Notes: generated from the sequence alone by a model not told the origin. A DNA stretch of 64,000 bases from Escherichia coli (GCF_003018255.1 NZ_CP027440.1), one strand, 5' to 3'. Counted from the stretch's first letter, positions 27,718-41,293 are shown. Numbers and translations: made by a program.

Positions 27718-28933
27718 CGATAATTCTCTTAATAAGCGCCCCACGTTTAAAAGAGCATTACGCAACATCAGTATGACCAGCATATTTATCACTATGATGC
27801 TGATCTGGTTGCTGCTTTCCGTGACCTCGGTGCTGACCCTGAAACAGTACGCGCAAAAAAACCTGGCACTGACAGCAGCAACAATGACTTACAGTCTGGA
27901 AGCAGCTGTCGTTTTTGCCGATGGCCCTGCAGCAACTGAAACACTGGCAGCGCTGGGCCAGCAAGGCCAATTTTCAACTGCAGAAGTGCGTGATAAGCAG
28001 CAAAATATTCTGGCATCCTGGCATTACACCCATAAGGAACCAGGCGATACTTTCAGCAATTTCATAAGCCACTGGCTCTTCCCTGCCCCCATCATTCAGC
28101 CGATTCGTCACAATGGTGAAACCATTGGCGAAGTACGCTTAACTGCTCGCGACAGTTCAATCAGCCATTTTATCTGGTTTTCGCTCGCTGTCCTGACCGG
28201 TTGTATTCTGCTGGCATCAGGCATCGCAATTACCCTCACCCGCCATTTGCACAATGGCCTGGTGGAAGCGCTGAAAAATATCACCGATGTCGTACATGAT
28301 GTGCGTTCTAACCGCAATTTTTCCCGACGAGTTTCGGAAGAACGTATCGCTGAGTTTCACCGCTTCGCTCTCGACTTCAACAGTCTGCTGGATGAAATGG
28401 AAGAGTGGCAGCTTCGTTTACAGGCCAAAAATGCGCAGCTTTTACGTACCGCGCTACATGACCCATTAACCGGGCTGGCTAACCGCGCAGCGTTTCGTAG
28501 CGGCATCAACACGTTGATGAACAATTCCGATGCCCGAAAAACGTCGGCGTTACTATTTCTTGATGGCGATAATTTCAAATATATCAATGATATCTGGGGT
28601 CATGCGACGGGCGATAGAGTCTTGATTGAAATCGCAAAACGGTTAGCTGAATTTGGCGGGCTGCGACATAAAGCATACCGCCTGGGCGGCGATGAATTCG
28701 CGATGGTGCTCTATGATGTACAGTCGGAATCTGAAGTGCAGCAGATATGCTCAGCACTGACACAAATCTTTAATCGCCCGTTTGATCTTCATAATGGTCA
28801 TCAGACCACCATGACATTAAGCATTGGTTACGCGATGACCATTGAGCATGCCTCTGCGGAAAAATTACAAGAGCTGGCCGATCACAATATGTATCAGGCC
28901 AAACACCAGCGTGCCGAAAAGCTGGTGAGATAA
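27707..28933 (+). CDS. dgcN: diguanylate cyclase DgcN (YfiN)
   Basis: 408-aa ORF; TM/HAMP then GGDEF domain (RLGGDEF); start overlaps yfiR end by 11 nt. Confidence 0.94.
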   Translation: MMDNDNSLNKRPTFKRALRNISMTSIFITMMLIWLLLSVTSVLTLKQYAQKNLALTAATMTYSLEAAVVFADGPAATETLAALGQQGQFSTAEVRDKQQNILASWHYTHKEPGDTFSNFISHWLFPAPIIQPIRHNGETIGEVRLTARDSSISHFIWFSLAVLTGCILLASGIAITLTRHLHNGLVEALKNITDVVHDVRSNRNFSRRVSEERIAEFHRFALDFNSLLDEMEEWQLRLQAKNAQLLRTALHDPLTGLANRAAFRSGINTLMNNSDARKTSALLFLDGDNFKYINDIWGHATGDRVLIEIAKRLAEFGGLRHKAYRLGGDEFAMVLYDVQSESEVQQICSALTQIFNRPFDLHNGHQTTMTLSIGYAMTIEHASAEKLQELADHNMYQAKHQRAEKLVR

Positions 28934-28948
28934 CAAGGATATATCGAT

Positions 28949-29431
28949 ATGATAAAGCACCTGGTAGCACCCCTGATTTTCACCTCACTAATACTGACTG
29001 GCTGCCAGTCCCCTCAGGGAAAGTTTACTCCTGAGCAAGTCGCCGCTATGCAATCTTATGGATTTACTGAATCCGCCGGCGACTGGTCGCTGGGCTTATC
29101 AGATGCCATTCTGTTCGCAAAAAATGACTACAAATTGCTCCCGGAAAGCCAGCAACAGATCCAAACCATGGCAGCCAAATTGGCCTCGACAGGGCTAACG
29201 CATGCCCGTATGGATGGACACACCGACAACTATGGTGAAGACAGTTACAACGAAGCCTTATCATTGAAACGGGCGAATGTCGTGGCCGATGCATGGGCTA
29301 TGGGTGGACAAATTCCGCGCAGCAATCTCACCACACAGGGTTTAGGAAAAAAATATCCCATAGCCAGTAACAAGACCGCCCAGGGCCGCGCCGAGAACCG
29401 CCGCGTCGCAGTGGTGATTACTACCCCTTAA
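28949..29431 (+). CDS. yfiB: OmpA-family lipoprotein YfiB
   Basis: 160-aa ORF; lipobox LTGC; OmpA-like peptidoglycan-binding region (NRRV). Confidence 0.93.
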   Translation: MIKHLVAPLIFTSLILTGCQSPQGKFTPEQVAAMQSYGFTESAGDWSLGLSDAILFAKNDYKLLPESQQQIQTMAAKLASTGLTHARMDGHTDNYGEDSYNEALSLKRANVVADAWAMGGQIPRSNLTTQGLGKKYPIASNKTAQGRAENRRVAVVITTP

Positions 29432-29507
29432 AACACGAGCAAACAGATAAAAAAAGGGCCAGCCAATTGGCCAGCCCTTCTTAACAGGATGTCGCTTAAG
29501 CGAAATC

Positions 29508-29858
<351 letters not shown>

Positions 29859-29896
29859 TTAATCTCTTATCCTGGGTAAACTGATATCTCGGGGGC

Positions 29897-30664
29897 TTAC
29901 GCCATCCCATCATGTTTATGTTGCTGTTGTGCGTGTTCCGTTTTGAACTCCGCCAGCAACCTTGCTTGCTCTTCAGTCAGAGCCAGGTTTTCCAGAAGTT
30001 CAGGTCTTCTAAGCCAGGTACGGCCCAGCGACTGTTTCAAACGCCAGCGACGTATCTCGGCATGGTTGCCCGACAGTAACACTGGCGGAACTTCCATCCC
30101 TTCTAACACCTCAGGCCGCGTATAGTGCGGGCAATCCAGCAATCCTTCAGCAAAGGAATCTTCCGTTGCCGAGGCTTCATGTCCCAGTACTCCCGGAATA
30201 AACCGGGAAACGGAGTCAATCAGCGTCATTGCTGGTAACTCACCACCACTGAGAACGTAATCGCCGATTGACCATTCTTCGTCAATTTCGGTTTGGATCA
30301 CGCGCTCATCTATACCTTCGTAGCGACCGCACACCAGAATCAATTTTTGATTCGTTGCCAGTTCGCTGACGCCCGCTTGATCAAGCTTGCGTCCCTGTGG
30401 TGACAGATAAATCACCTTTGCGCCTTCACCCGCCGCGGCTTTTGCTGCATGAATGGCGTCCCGCAAGGGTTGCACCATCATTAACATCCCCGGTCCGCCG
30501 CCGTAAGGACGATCGTCCACGGTACGGTGCCGGTCATGCGTGAAGTCGCGAGGACTCCAGCTCTGGATGCTCAGCAGGCCATTTTTAACTGCCCGGCCAG
30601 TTACCCCGTAATCGGTAATTGCGCGGAACATTTCAGGAAACAGGCTAATTATGCCAATCCACAT
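29897..30664 (-). CDS. trmD: tRNA (guanine37-N1)-methyltransferase
   Basis: 255-aa [16 protein letters not shown]... Confidence 0.97.
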
Positions 30665-30694
30665 AGCGCCGTCTTTTACCGTTTATCCGGTGGT

Positions 30695-31243
30695 TTAAAA
30701 ACCAGGATCCCAATCTACTTCGATTGAACGAGTAGTGAGATCGACTTTCTTGATAACCTGCCCATCGAGGAACGGTACGAGACGTTCCTTGATACCAAAC
30801 GCATCTTTCAGGTTTGCCTTAATGACGAGAACGTCATTAGATCCGGTTTCCATCATATCGACGACTTTACCGAGATCGTAGCCTTCAGTGGTTACTACCT
30901 GGCAGCCCATCAAGTCTTTCCAGTAGTAGTCACCCTCTTCAAGCTGAGGCAACTGCGATGAATCCACGACAATTTCACAATTCGTCAGCAGGTTCGCCGC
31001 ATCACGATCGTCAACGCCTTTCAGCTTGATGATCATGTCCTGATTGTGGTGCTTCCAGCTTTCCAGCTGGACTTGCTGCCACTGACCCGCCTTCTGGATA
31101 AACCAGGGCTGATAGTCAAAAATGCTTTCGGCGTCTTCGGTGGAAGAAAACACTCTGAGCCACCCACGAATACCGTAAGACGAACCCATTTTTCCCAAAA
31201 CGATGGGATCAACAGGTGCTTGCGCGGTGAGTTGTTTGCTCAT
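30695..31243 (-). CDS. rimM: ribosome maturation factor RimM
   Basis: ORF 30695..31252(-); start at [10 protein letters not shown] (182 aa). Confidence 0.93.
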
Positions 31244-31261
31244 CATGACCACCGTGACAGA

Positions 31262-31588
<327 letters not shown>

Positions 31589-31646
31589 TTACTGATTTCT
31601 GGAGAAAATGCAATCAGCAGTTAATAACTCTGTCGCATAAGGTCAT

Positions 31647-33008
31647 TTAGCGACCAGGAAATCCCGGCGGCATCATACCCTTCATGCTTCTCATCATCTT
31701 CGCCATTCCGCCCTTCTTCATTTTCTTCATCATGCGCTGCATGTCGTCGAACTGTTTCAGAAGACGGTTAACGTCCTGCACCTGCATACCGCAACCGGCA
31801 GCGATACGGCGTTTACGCGAACCTTTGATGATTTCTGGCTTAGCGCGCTCTTTCATCGTCATCGAGTTGATGATGGCTTCCATACGCACCAGCACTTTAT
31901 CGTCCATCTGCGACTTGACGTTATCCGGGATCTGCCCCATGCCCGGCAGTTTGCCCATCAGGCTGGCCATGCCGCCCATATTTTTCATCTGGCGCAGTTG
32001 CTCAAGGAAGTCATTGAGATCGAAGCCGTCGCCTTTTTTCAGCTTGCTGGCTAATTTCTCAGCTTGCGCGCGGTCAACTTTGCTTTCGATATCTTCGATC
32101 AGCGACAGTACGTCGCCCATGCCGAGAATACGGGAAGCGATGCGGTCCGGATGGAACGGCTCCAGCGCCTCGGTTTTCTCGCCAACACCGAGGAACTTGA
32201 TCGGTTTGCCCGTAATGTGACGAATAGAGAGCGCCGCACCGCCACGAGCATCGCCGTCGACTTTAGTCAGTACCACACCGGTCAGCGGTAACGCTTCATT
32301 GAATGCTTTTGCCGTATTGGCCGCATCCTGACCAGTCATGGCATCAACCACAAACAGGGTTTCAACCGGATTAATCGACGCATGGACTTGTTTGATCTCG
32401 TCCATCATCGCTTCGTCAACGTGCAGACGACCGGCTGTATCCACCAGCAGCACGTCGTAGAATTTCAGTTTGGCTTCTTTCAGCGCCGCGTTAACGATAT
32501 CTACCGGCTTCTGACCAACATCAGAAGGGAAGAAATCAACGCCCACCTGCTCTGCCAGCGTCTCAAGCTGTTTGATTGCCGCCGGACGATAAACGTCGGC
32601 AGAAACCACCAGCACTTTCTTCTTGTGCTTCTCGCGCAGGAACTTACCGAGTTTACCAACGCTGGTTGTTTTACCGGCACCTTGCAGGCCCGCCATCAGC
32701 ACGACCGCAGGCGGTTGCGCAGCCAGGTTCAGGGTCTGGTTCTCTTCGCCCATCGCCGCAACCAGTTCGTTACGGACAATTTTGACGAACTCCTGCCCCG
32801 GCGTCAGGCTCTTATTAACTTCATGACCAACCGCTTTCTCTTTTACGCGATTGATAAACTCACGCACTACCGGCAGAGCGACGTCCGCCTCCAGCAGCGC
32901 CATGCGCACTTCGCGCAGCGTATCTTTTACGTTGTCTTCAGTGAGGCGTCCACGGCCACTGATATTGCGCAGCGTGCGCGACAAACGATCGGTTAAATTA
33001 TCAAACAT
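31647..33008 (-). CDS. ffh: signal recognition particle protein Ffh
   Basis: 453-aa ORF; GTPase motif GLQGAGKTT; Met-rich C-terminal M domain. Confidence 0.97.
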   Translation of the reverse strand: MFDNLTDRLSRTLRNISGRGRLTEDNVKDTLREVRMALLEADVALPVVREFINRVKEKAVGHEVNKSLTPGQEFVKIVRNELVAAMGEENQTLNLAAQPPAVVLMAGLQGAGKTTSVGKLGKFLREKHKKKVLVVSADVYRPAAIKQLETLAEQVGVDFFPSDVGQKPVDIVNAALKEAKLKFYDVLLVDTAGRLHVDEAMMDEIKQVHASINPVETLFVVDAMTGQDAANTAKAFNEALPLTGVVLTKVDGDARGGAALSIRHITGKPIKFLGVGEKTEALEPFHPDRIASRILGMGDVLSLIEDIESKVDRAQAEKLASKLKKGDGFDLNDFLEQLRQMKNMGGMASLMGKLPGMGQIPDNVKSQMDDKVLVRMEAIINSMTMKERAKPEIIKGSRKRRIAAGCGMQVQDVNRLLKQFDDMQRMMKKMKKGGMAKMMRSMKGMMPPGFPGR

Positions 33009-33174
33009 TGTCTCTCGCCTGGGGTGGAAACGGTTGGCCGCAATCGCGACACATCATCAGTATTTTGCCGCAGTATAACATGAAGGCGTCTTTGTTGTTA
33101 TGCAACGGTTGGAGCAGCGTTCACCTGACGCTATACTGCTTCTCTTTCTTATTGCTCAAACTGTCGACATTACT

Positions 33175-33966
33175 ATGCCCGTTTTTGCTCTGCTCGCGCT
33201 TGTCGCCTACTCCGTCAGTCTTGCGCTGATTGTTCCCGGTCTGCTGCAAAAAAACGGCGGCTGGCGGCGCATGGCTATTATTTCTGCGGTCATTGCGCTG
33301 GTCTGCCACGCAATCGCTCTGGAAGCCCGCATCCTGCCCGACGGTGATAGCGGACAAAACCTCAGCCTGCTGAACGTTGGTTCATTGGTCAGTTTGATGA
33401 TCTGTACGGTAATGACCATTGTGGCTTCTCGCAATCGTGGCTGGTTGCTGCTACCCATTGTCTATGCCTTTGCGCTTATCAACCTGGCGCTGGCGACCTT
33501 CATGCCCAATGAATACATCACCCATCTGGAAGCAACGCCTGGGATGCTGGTGCACATTGGCTTATCGCTCTTTTCCTATGCCACGCTGATTATCGCCGCC
33601 CTGTACGCGCTGCAACTGGCGTGGATTGATTACCAACTGAAGAACAAGAAGCTGGCGTTTAACCAGGAAATGCCGCCATTGATGAGTATCGAGCGTAAAA
33701 TGTTCCACATCACGCAGATTGGCGTGGTGCTGCTAACGCTCACGCTTTGCACTGGCCTGTTCTACATGCACAACTTATTTAGCATGGAAAATATCGACAA
33801 GGCCGTGCTCTCTATCGTGGCGTGGTTTGTCTATATTGTGCTGCTGTGGGGACATTATCATGAAGGATGGCGTGGACGCCGCGTCGTCTGGTTTAACGTT
33901 GCGGGTGCAGTCATTCTGACACTGGCCTACTTCGGCAGCCGAATTGTCCAGCAGTTAATCAGCTAA
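33175..33966 (+). CDS. ypjD: inner membrane protein YpjD (cytochrome c assembly CcsA-like)
   Basis: ORF 33100..33966; start at MPVFALLALVAY (263 aa); multi-TM. Confidence 0.88.
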   Translation: MPVFALLALVAYSVSLALIVPGLLQKNGGWRRMAIISAVIALVCHAIALEARILPDGDSGQNLSLLNVGSLVSLMICTVMTIVASRNRGWLLLPIVYAFALINLALATFMPNEYITHLEATPGMLVHIGLSLFSYATLIIAALYALQLAWIDYQLKNKKLAFNQEMPPLMSIERKMFHITQIGVVLLTLTLCTGLFYMHNLFSMENIDKAVLSIVAWFVYIVLLWGHYHEGWRGRRVVWFNVAGAVILTLAYFGSRIVQQLIS

Positions 33967-34010
33967 ACCCAGAAAAGGAGTTTCCCCTGGAACACATTTC
34001 TACTACTACG

Positions 34011-35273
34011 TTGATCATTATTCTGATCATCATGGTGGTCATTTCAGCCTATTTTTCCGGGTCCGAAACCGGAATGATGACCCTCAACCGCTATCGTCTG
34101 CGACATATGGCGAAACAGGGTAATCGCTCGGCCAAACGCGTCGAAAAATTGCTGCGTAAGCCAGACCGCCTGATTAGCCTGGTGTTAATCGGCAATAACC
34201 TGGTCAATATTCTTGCCTCCGCGCTAGGCACTATTGTTGGGATGCGTTTGTACGGCGATGCGGGCGTGGCAATTGCGACTGGTGTGCTGACTTTTGTCGT
34301 GCTGGTTTTTGCTGAGGTATTGCCGAAAACCATTGCCGCGCTGTACCCGGAAAAAGTCGCTTATCCGAGTAGTTTTCTGCTGGCTCCGCTGCAAATTTTG
34401 ATGATGCCGCTGGTCTGGTTGCTGAATGCTATCACCCGTATGCTGATGCGCATGATGGGTATCAAAACCGATATCGTGGTTAGCGGCTCTTTGAGCAAAG
34501 AAGAGTTGCGCACTATCGTGCACGAATCGCGCTCACAAATTTCCCGTCGCAATCAGGATATGCTGCTGTCGGTGCTCGATCTGGAAAAAATGACCGTTGA
34601 TGACATCATGGTGCCGCGCAGTGAAATTATCGGTATTGATATCAACGATGACTGGAAATCGATTCTGCGCCAACTCTCCCACTCACCTCACGGGCGCATC
34701 GTGCTCTACCGTGATTCGCTGGACGACGCCATCAGTATGCTGCGTGTGCGTGAAGCCTGGCGACTCATGTCGGAGAAAAAAGAGTTCACCAAAGAAACCA
34801 TGCTACGCGCCGCGGACGAGATCTATTTTGTCCCGGAAGGTACGCCGCTCAGCACGCAGTTGGTGAAGTTTCAGCGCAACAAAAAGAAAGTCGGCCTGGT
34901 CGTCAACGAGTATGGAGACATTCAGGGGCTGGTGACGGTTGAAGATATTCTGGAAGAGATTGTCGGCGATTTCACTACCTCGATGTCGCCAACACTTGCC
35001 GAAGAGGTCACGCCGCAAAACGACGGTTCGGTGATTATCGATGGCACCGCCAACGTGCGAGAAATCAACAAAGCCTTTAACTGGCATCTACCTGAAGACG
35101 ATGCCCGCACGGTTAATGGCGTCATTCTGGAAGCGCTGGAAGAGATCCCTGTCGCTGGCACCCGCGTGCGTATTGGCGAGTACGATATCGATATTCTCGA
35201 CGTACAGGATAATATGATTAAGCAGGTAAAAGTTTTTCCTGTGAAACCGCTGCGCGAGAGTGTGGCGGAGTAA
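34011..35273 (+). CDS. yfjD: CorC/HlyC-family membrane protein with CBS domains (YfjD)
   Basis: 420-aa ORF from first ATG; an in-frame CTG at 33987 with GGAG 6 nt upstream could extend it by 8 codons (LEHISTTT). Confidence 0.88.
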   Translation: MIIILIIMVVISAYFSGSETGMMTLNRYRLRHMAKQGNRSAKRVEKLLRKPDRLISLVLIGNNLVNILASALGTIVGMRLYGDAGVAIATGVLTFVVLVFAEVLPKTIAALYPEKVAYPSSFLLAPLQILMMPLVWLLNAITRMLMRMMGIKTDIVVSGSLSKEELRTIVHESRSQISRRNQDMLLSVLDLEKMTVDDIMVPRSEIIGIDINDDWKSILRQLSHSPHGRIVLYRDSLDDAISMLRVREAWRLMSEKKEFTKETMLRAADEIYFVPEGTPLSTQLVKFQRNKKKVGLVVNEYGDIQGLVTVEDILEEIVGDFTTSMSPTLAEEVTPQNDGSVIIDGTANVREINKAFNWHLPEDDARTVNGVILEALEEIPVAGTRVRIGEYDIDILDVQDNMIKQVKVFPVKPLRESVAE

Positions 35274-35326
35274 AAAAACGGCCCGGCATTCGCATGCTGG
35301 GCCGTGATTTATTACGAAAGCAGAAA

Positions 35327-35953
<627 letters not shown>

Positions 35954-35965
35954 CTAACTTCGCTT

Positions 35966-35996
35966 ATTATGGGGATCAGTTTCAGGGTTTCAAGGG
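35966..35996 (-). promoter_or_regulatory. sigma32 heat-shock promoter of grpE
   Basis: minus strand CCCTTGAAACCCTGAAACTGATCCCCATAAT matches sigma32 -35 and -10. Confidence 0.7.
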
Positions 35997-36042
35997 AAGC
36001 ACTCACATTGTCATCAATCTTCGCAACAAGGACCTCGGAAAA

Positions 36043-36921
36043 ATGAATAATCATTTCAAGTGTATTGGCATTGTGGGACACCCACGGCACCCCACTGCAC
36101 TGACAACACATGAAATGCTCTACCGCTGGCTGTGCACAAAAGGTTACGAGGTCATCGTTGAGCAACAAATCGCTCACGAACTGCAACTGAAGAATGTGAA
36201 AACTGGCACGCTCGCGGAGATTGGGCAACTGGCAGATCTCGCGGTAGTCGTTGGTGGCGACGGTAATATGCTGGGCGCGGCGCGCACACTCGCCCGTTAC
36301 GATATTAAAGTTATTGGAATCAACCGTGGCAACCTGGGTTTCCTGACTGACCTTGACCCCGATAACGCCCAGCAACAATTAGCCGATGTGCTGGAAGGCC
36401 ACTACATCAGCGAGAAACGTTTTTTGCTGGAAGCGCAAGTTTGTCAGCAAGATTGCCAGAAACGCATCAGCACCGCGATTAACGAAGTGGTACTTCATCC
36501 TGGCAAAGTGGCGCATATGATTGAGTTCGAAGTGTATATCGACGAGATCTTTGCGTTTTCGCAGCGTTCCGATGGACTGATTATTTCGACGCCAACAGGC
36601 TCCACCGCATATTCCCTCTCTGCGGGCGGTCCTATTCTGACCCCCTCTCTGGATGCGATTACCCTGGTGCCCATGTTCCCGCATACGTTGTCAGCACGAC
36701 CACTGGTGATAAACAGCAGCAGCACGATCCGTCTGCGTTTTTCGCATCGCCGTAACGACCTGGAAATCAGTTGCGACAGCCAGATAGCACTGCCGATTCA
36801 GGAAGGTGAAGATGTCCTGATTCGTCGCTGTGATTACCATCTGAATCTGATTCATCCGAAAGATTACAGTTATTTCAATACATTAAGCACCAAGCTCAGC
36901 TGGTCAAAAAAATTATTCTAA
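36043..36921 (+). CDS. nadK: NAD kinase
   Basis: 292-aa ORF with GGDGN motif. Confidence 0.96.
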   Translation: MNNHFKCIGIVGHPRHPTALTTHEMLYRWLCTKGYEVIVEQQIAHELQLKNVKTGTLAEIGQLADLAVVVGGDGNMLGAARTLARYDIKVIGINRGNLGFLTDLDPDNAQQQLADVLEGHYISEKRFLLEAQVCQQDCQKRISTAINEVVLHPGKVAHMIEFEVYIDEIFAFSQRSDGLIISTPTGSTAYSLSAGGPILTPSLDAITLVPMFPHTLSARPLVINSSSTIRLRFSHRRNDLEISCDSQIALPIQEGEDVLIRRCDYHLNLIHPKDYSYFNTLSTKLSWSKKLF

Positions 36922-36940
36922 TTTTACGCCAGCCTCTTTA

Positions 36941-36980
36941 CTGTATATAAAACCAGTTTATACTGTACACAATAACAGTA
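36941..36980 (+). promoter_or_regulatory. recN promoter LexA (SOS) boxes
   Basis: ctgtatataaaaccag and tactgtacacaataacagta match CTGT-N8-ACAG directly upstream of recN. Confidence 0.8.
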
Positions 36981-37006
36981 ATGGTTTTTCATACAGGAAA
37001 ACAACT

Positions 37007-38668
37007 ATGTTGGCACAACTGACCATCAGCAACTTTGCTATCGTTCGTGAGCTTGAGATTGATTTTCATAGCGGCATGACCGTAATAACTGGCGAGACCG
37101 GCGCGGGTAAATCTATTGCAATAGATGCCCTCGGCCTTTGTCTCGGTGGTCGCGCTGAAGCCGACATGGTGCGTACCGGCGCTGCTCGTGCCGACCTGTG
37201 CGCCCGTTTTTCTCTGAAAGATACGCCAGCGGCCCTGCGCTGGCTGGAAGAAAACCAGCTTGAAGACGGTCATGAATGTTTGCTTCGTCGCGTAATCAGT
37301 AGCGATGGTCGCTCACGAGGTTTTATCAACGGTACAGCTGTTCCTCTGTCACAACTTCGCGAACTGGGCCAGTTGCTGATTCAGATCCATGGTCAGCACG
37401 CCCATCAGTTACTCACCAAACCCGAGCACCAAAAATTCCTGCTTGATGGCTATGCCAATGAAACCTCTCTGCTCCAGGAAATGACCGCACGTTATCAGTT
37501 GTGGCATCAAAGCTGCCGTGACCTCGCGCATCATCAACAGTTAAGTCAGGAACGCGCCGCCCGTGCGGAACTGCTGCAATACCAATTAAAAGAACTTAAC
37601 GAATTTAATCCGCAGCCCGGAGAGTTTGAGCAAATCGACGAAGAGTACAAACGTCTGGCGAACAGCGGTCAATTGCTGACTACCAGCCAGAATGCATTGG
37701 CAGTAATGGCCGACGGTGAAGACGCAAACCTGCAAAGTCAGCTTTACACGGCTAAACAACTGGTGAGCGAATTGATTGGCATGGACAGCAAACTGTCCGG
37801 CGTACTTGATATGCTGGAAGAAGCTACCATCCAGATTGCTGAAGCCAGCGATGAACTGCGCCACTACTGCGATCGTCTGGATCTCGATCCCAACCGACTG
37901 TTTGAACTTGAACAGCGCATCTCAAAACAGATTTCGCTGGCACGTAAACATCACGTCAGCCCTGAGGCATTGCCACAGTATTACCAGTCGCTACTGGAAG
38001 AACAGCAGCAACTGGACGATCAGGCCGACTCACAAGAAACGCTCGCGCTGGCGGTAACGAAACATCATCAGCAGGCACTGGAAACCGCGCGCGCATTACA
38101 CCAGCAACGCCAGCAGTATGCAGAAGAACTTGCACTGCTGATCACCGACAGTATGCATGCGCTCTCAATGCCGCATGGGCAGTTTACGATCGATGTTAAA
38201 TTTGACGAGCATCACCTGGGCGCTGACGGTGCCGATCGTATTGAGTTTCGGGTAACCACCAACCCAGGTCAGCCAATGCAGCCTATTGCCAAAGTCGCAT
38301 CCGGTGGTGAATTGTCACGCATCGCATTGGCAATTCAGGTCATCACGGCGCGTAAAATGGAAACCCCGGCACTGATTTTTGATGAAGTGGATGTAGGGAT
38401 TAGCGGTCCAACAGCGGCAGTTGTCGGCAAACTGCTGCGTCAACTTGGCGAATCAACTCAGGTGATGTGTGTTACCCACCTGCCACAAGTCGCGGGATGT
38501 GGTCATCAACACTATTTTGTCAGCAAAGAAACCGATGGTGCGATGACAGAAACACACATGCAATCCCTGGATAAAAAAGCGCGGTTACAAGAGCTGGCGC
38601 GCCTGCTTGGGGGCAGTGAAGTCACACGTAACACACTGGCGAATGCGAAAGAACTGCTTGCGGCGTAA
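37007..38668 (+). CDS. recN: DNA repair protein RecN (SMC-like ATPase)
   Basis: 553-aa ORF; Walker A GETGAGKS; coiled-coil middle region. Confidence 0.97.
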   Translation: MLAQLTISNFAIVRELEIDFHSGMTVITGETGAGKSIAIDALGLCLGGRAEADMVRTGAARADLCARFSLKDTPAALRWLEENQLEDGHECLLRRVISSDGRSRGFINGTAVPLSQLRELGQLLIQIHGQHAHQLLTKPEHQKFLLDGYANETSLLQEMTARYQLWHQSCRDLAHHQQLSQERAARAELLQYQLKELNEFNPQPGEFEQIDEEYKRLANSGQLLTTSQNALAVMADGEDANLQSQLYTAKQLVSELIGMDSKLSGVLDMLEEATIQIAEASDELRHYCDRLDLDPNRLFELEQRISKQISLARKHHVSPEALPQYYQSLLEEQQQLDDQADSQETLALAVTKHHQQALETARALHQQRQQYAEELALLITDSMHALSMPHGQFTIDVKFDEHHLGADGADRIEFRVTTNPGQPMQPIAKVASGGELSRIALAIQVITARKMETPALIFDEVDVGISGPTAAVVGKLLRQLGESTQVMCVTHLPQVAGCGHQHYFVSKETDGAMTETHMQSLDKKARLQELARLLGGSEVTRNTLANAKELLAA

Positions 38669-38816
38669 ACTTTTTTCCTGCTTCACGGTCAGAGTAAACA
38701 GCAAAACGCCGTAAGACCGGAAAGCAAAAGGTTTTAAAGTGATGAAAGGTCTATTATCATCGGCATATTACAGATGAGCCACGTACTGCTCGGGCCCGAA
38801 AAGGAATCAAATCACT

Positions 38817-39158
38817 ATGCGCTGTAAAACGCTGACTGCTGCAGCAGCAGTACTATTGATGTTGACCGCAGGCTGTTCCACTCTGGAGCGAGTGGTTTAC
38901 CGTCCTGACATCAACCAGGGGAATTATCTGACCGCTAACGACGTATCCAAAATACGCGTTGGCATGACGCAACAACAAGTTGCGTACGCATTGGGTACAC
39001 CGCTGATGTCCGATCCATTTGGTACGAATACCTGGTTCTATGTCTTCCGCCAGCAACCAGGTCATGAAGGTGTAACGCAGCAAACGCTGACGCTGACCTT
39101 TAATAGTAGCGGGGTGTTGACCAATATTGATAATAAACCTGCGCTGAGTGGTAACTAA
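38817..39158 (+). CDS. bamE: outer membrane protein assembly factor BamE (SmpA)
   Basis: 113-aa ORF; lipobox LTAGCS. Confidence 0.95.
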
Positions 39159-39219
39159 TCATAAAGTTGCTCTCAAAGACGTTAAAAAAGGTGCTCAATG
39201 AGCACCTTTTTTCTGTCTG

Positions 39220-39510
39220 TTATTTATTCGCTGATTTTTCTGCTCGTTGCCTGCGCAGCTCTTTCGGATCGGCAATGAGAGGGCGATAAATCTCCACCCG
39301 ATCGCCATCATGCACACTATCGCTCAGTTTTGCCGGACGGCTATAAATGCCGACTTTGTTTTTAGTTAAATCGATATCGGTACGCAATTCCAGCAAGCCA
39401 CTGGCGCGAATAGCTTCTTCAACCGTCGCACCCTCCTGCAGCGTCACACGCTGCAGGTACTGCTTCTCAGGTAGCGCATAAGCCACCTCAACGGCAATTT
39501 TACCTGGCAC
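39220..39510 (-). CDS. ratB: RatB / YfjF (UPF0125, RnfH-like)
   Basis: ORF 39220..39594(-); start taken at GTG giving [16 protein letters not shown]... (96 aa); overlaps ratA 3' end by 11 nt. Confidence 0.8.
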
Positions 39511-39976
39511 TGTAAACCTCTTTCGCACGAACCGTAAAAGCCTGGACCATATTAGCCGCCAGTTCTTTAAACACGCGGCCAAAGGCGAGTTCAATCAACT
39601 TATTGGTAAACTCAAAATCGAGATGAAACTCGATACGGCACGCCTCCTGACTCAGCGGCGTAAACTTCCATCCACCGATCAATTTCTTGAACGGCCCATC
39701 CACCAGATTCATAAGAATACTTTGGTTACTGGTCAACTGGTTGCGGGTAGTAAACGTTTTGCTGATCCCAGCCTTAGAGACATCTACCGCCGCAGTCATC
39801 TGCCCAGGAGTGGACTCCAGAATCCGACTTCCGGTACAACCCGGCAAAAACTGAGGATAAGACTGAACGTCATTCACTAACTGATACATTTGCTCCGCGC
39901 TGTAGGGTACCAGTGCGGTCCGGCTAATCTGAGGCATAACAATTTCCATCAACAAAAATCCAACAAATAATATCAT
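39500..39976 (-). CDS. ratA: ribosome association toxin RatA (YfjG; SRPBCC/polyketide-cyclase fold)
   Basis: 158-aa ORF; true start may be the internal MPQISRT. Confidence 0.85.
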   Translation of the reverse strand: MILFVGFLLMEIVMPQISRTALVPYSAEQMYQLVNDVQSYPQFLPGCTGSRILESTPGQMTAAVDVSKAGISKTFTTRNQLTSNQSILMNLVDGPFKKLIGGWKFTPLSQEACRIEFHLDFEFTNKLIELAFGRVFKELAANMVQAFTVRAKEVYSAR

Positions 39977-40107
39977 TTATCCTGCTGTAAAAAAAACGCT
40001 ATCCCGGCGCTGGGTAACATCGGGTTCATGCTAAGATAGAGCCTTGTCCCCCGCAGGATTGATATGGGGTGTTTTCGATTTCAGATTACCGATGATTCAC
40101 GACGCTT

Positions 40108-40590
40108 ATGACGAAGAAAAAAGCACATAAACCTGGTTCAGCGACCATCGCGCTTAACAAGCGCGCCCGGCACGAATACTTTATCGAAGAAGAGTTCGAG
40201 GCGGGACTTGCCCTGCAAGGCTGGGAGGTTAAATCCCTGCGTGCAGGAAAAGCCAATATCAGCGACAGCTACGTCCTTCTGCGTGACGGAGAGGCATTTC
40301 TGTTTGGCGCTAACATCACGCCAATGGCTGTGGCCTCCACGCATGTGGTGTGCGATCCTACCCGTACCCGCAAGTTACTTCTCAACCAGCGCGAACTGGA
40401 CTCATTGTACGGTCGCGTCAATCGAGAAGGCTATACCGTAGTGGCGCTCTCCCTGTACTGGAAAAATGCCTGGTGCAAAGTGAAAATCGGCGTCGCCAAA
40501 GGTAAGAAACAGCATGATAAACGTTCAGATATCAAAGAACGCGAATGGCAGGTGGATAAAGCGCGTATCATGAAAAACGCCCACCGTTAA
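40108..40590 (+). CDS. smpB: SsrA-binding protein SmpB
   Basis: 160-aa [31 protein letters not shown]... Confidence 0.97.
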
Positions 40591-40804
40591 ACCTGCACTG
40601 CAATTATTGATCCGCTCCTCACCGCGCCTCCCTCTCCGGCGGCGCGAATGCACATCTTATTGGCTATCACATCCGACCCAAATGTTGCCATCCCATTGCT
40701 TAATCGAATAAAAATCAGGCTACATGGGTGCTAAATCTTTAACGATAACGCCATTGAGGCTGGTCATGGCACTCATGAATCTGGTATACTTACCGTTACA
40801 CATT

Positions 40805-41167
40805 GGGGCTGATTCTGGATTCGACGGGATTTGCGAAACCCAAGGTGCATGCCGAGGGGCGGTTGGCCTCGTAAAAAGCCGCAAAAAATAGTCGCAAACG
40901 ACGAAAACTACGCTTTAGCAGCTTAATAACCTGCTTAGAGCCCTCTCTCCCTAGCCTCCGCTCTTAGGACGGGGATCAAGAGAGGTCAAACCCAAAAGAG
41001 ATCGCGTGGAAGCCCTGCCTGGGGTTGAAGCGTTAAAACTTAATCAGGCTAGTTTGTTAGTGGCGTGTCCGTCCGCAGCTGGCAAGCGAATGTAAAGACT
41101 GACTAAGCATGTAGTACCGAGGACGTAGGAATTTCGGACGCGGGTTCAACTCCCGCCAGCTCCACCA
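40805..41167 (+). ncRNA. ssrA: tmRNA (SsrA, 10Sa RNA)
   Basis: 363 nt from GGGGCTGATTCTGGATTCGACGGG to ...GGGTTCAACTCCCGCCAGCTCCACCA; tag reading frame GCA AAC GAC GAA AAC TAC GCT TTA GCA GCT TAA (ANDENYALAA) at 40894-40926. Confidence 0.97.
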
Positions 41168-41293
41168 ATCATGATTGGACGGTGTAAGGACAACACCAAC
41201 AAAAACAGGAAGTTAGCAGTCTCAGCAAGACACCGACCAGACGGTGAGGAGACATAAAAGGATACGCAAAGGAGCCGCGGCTCCTGGTGATAT

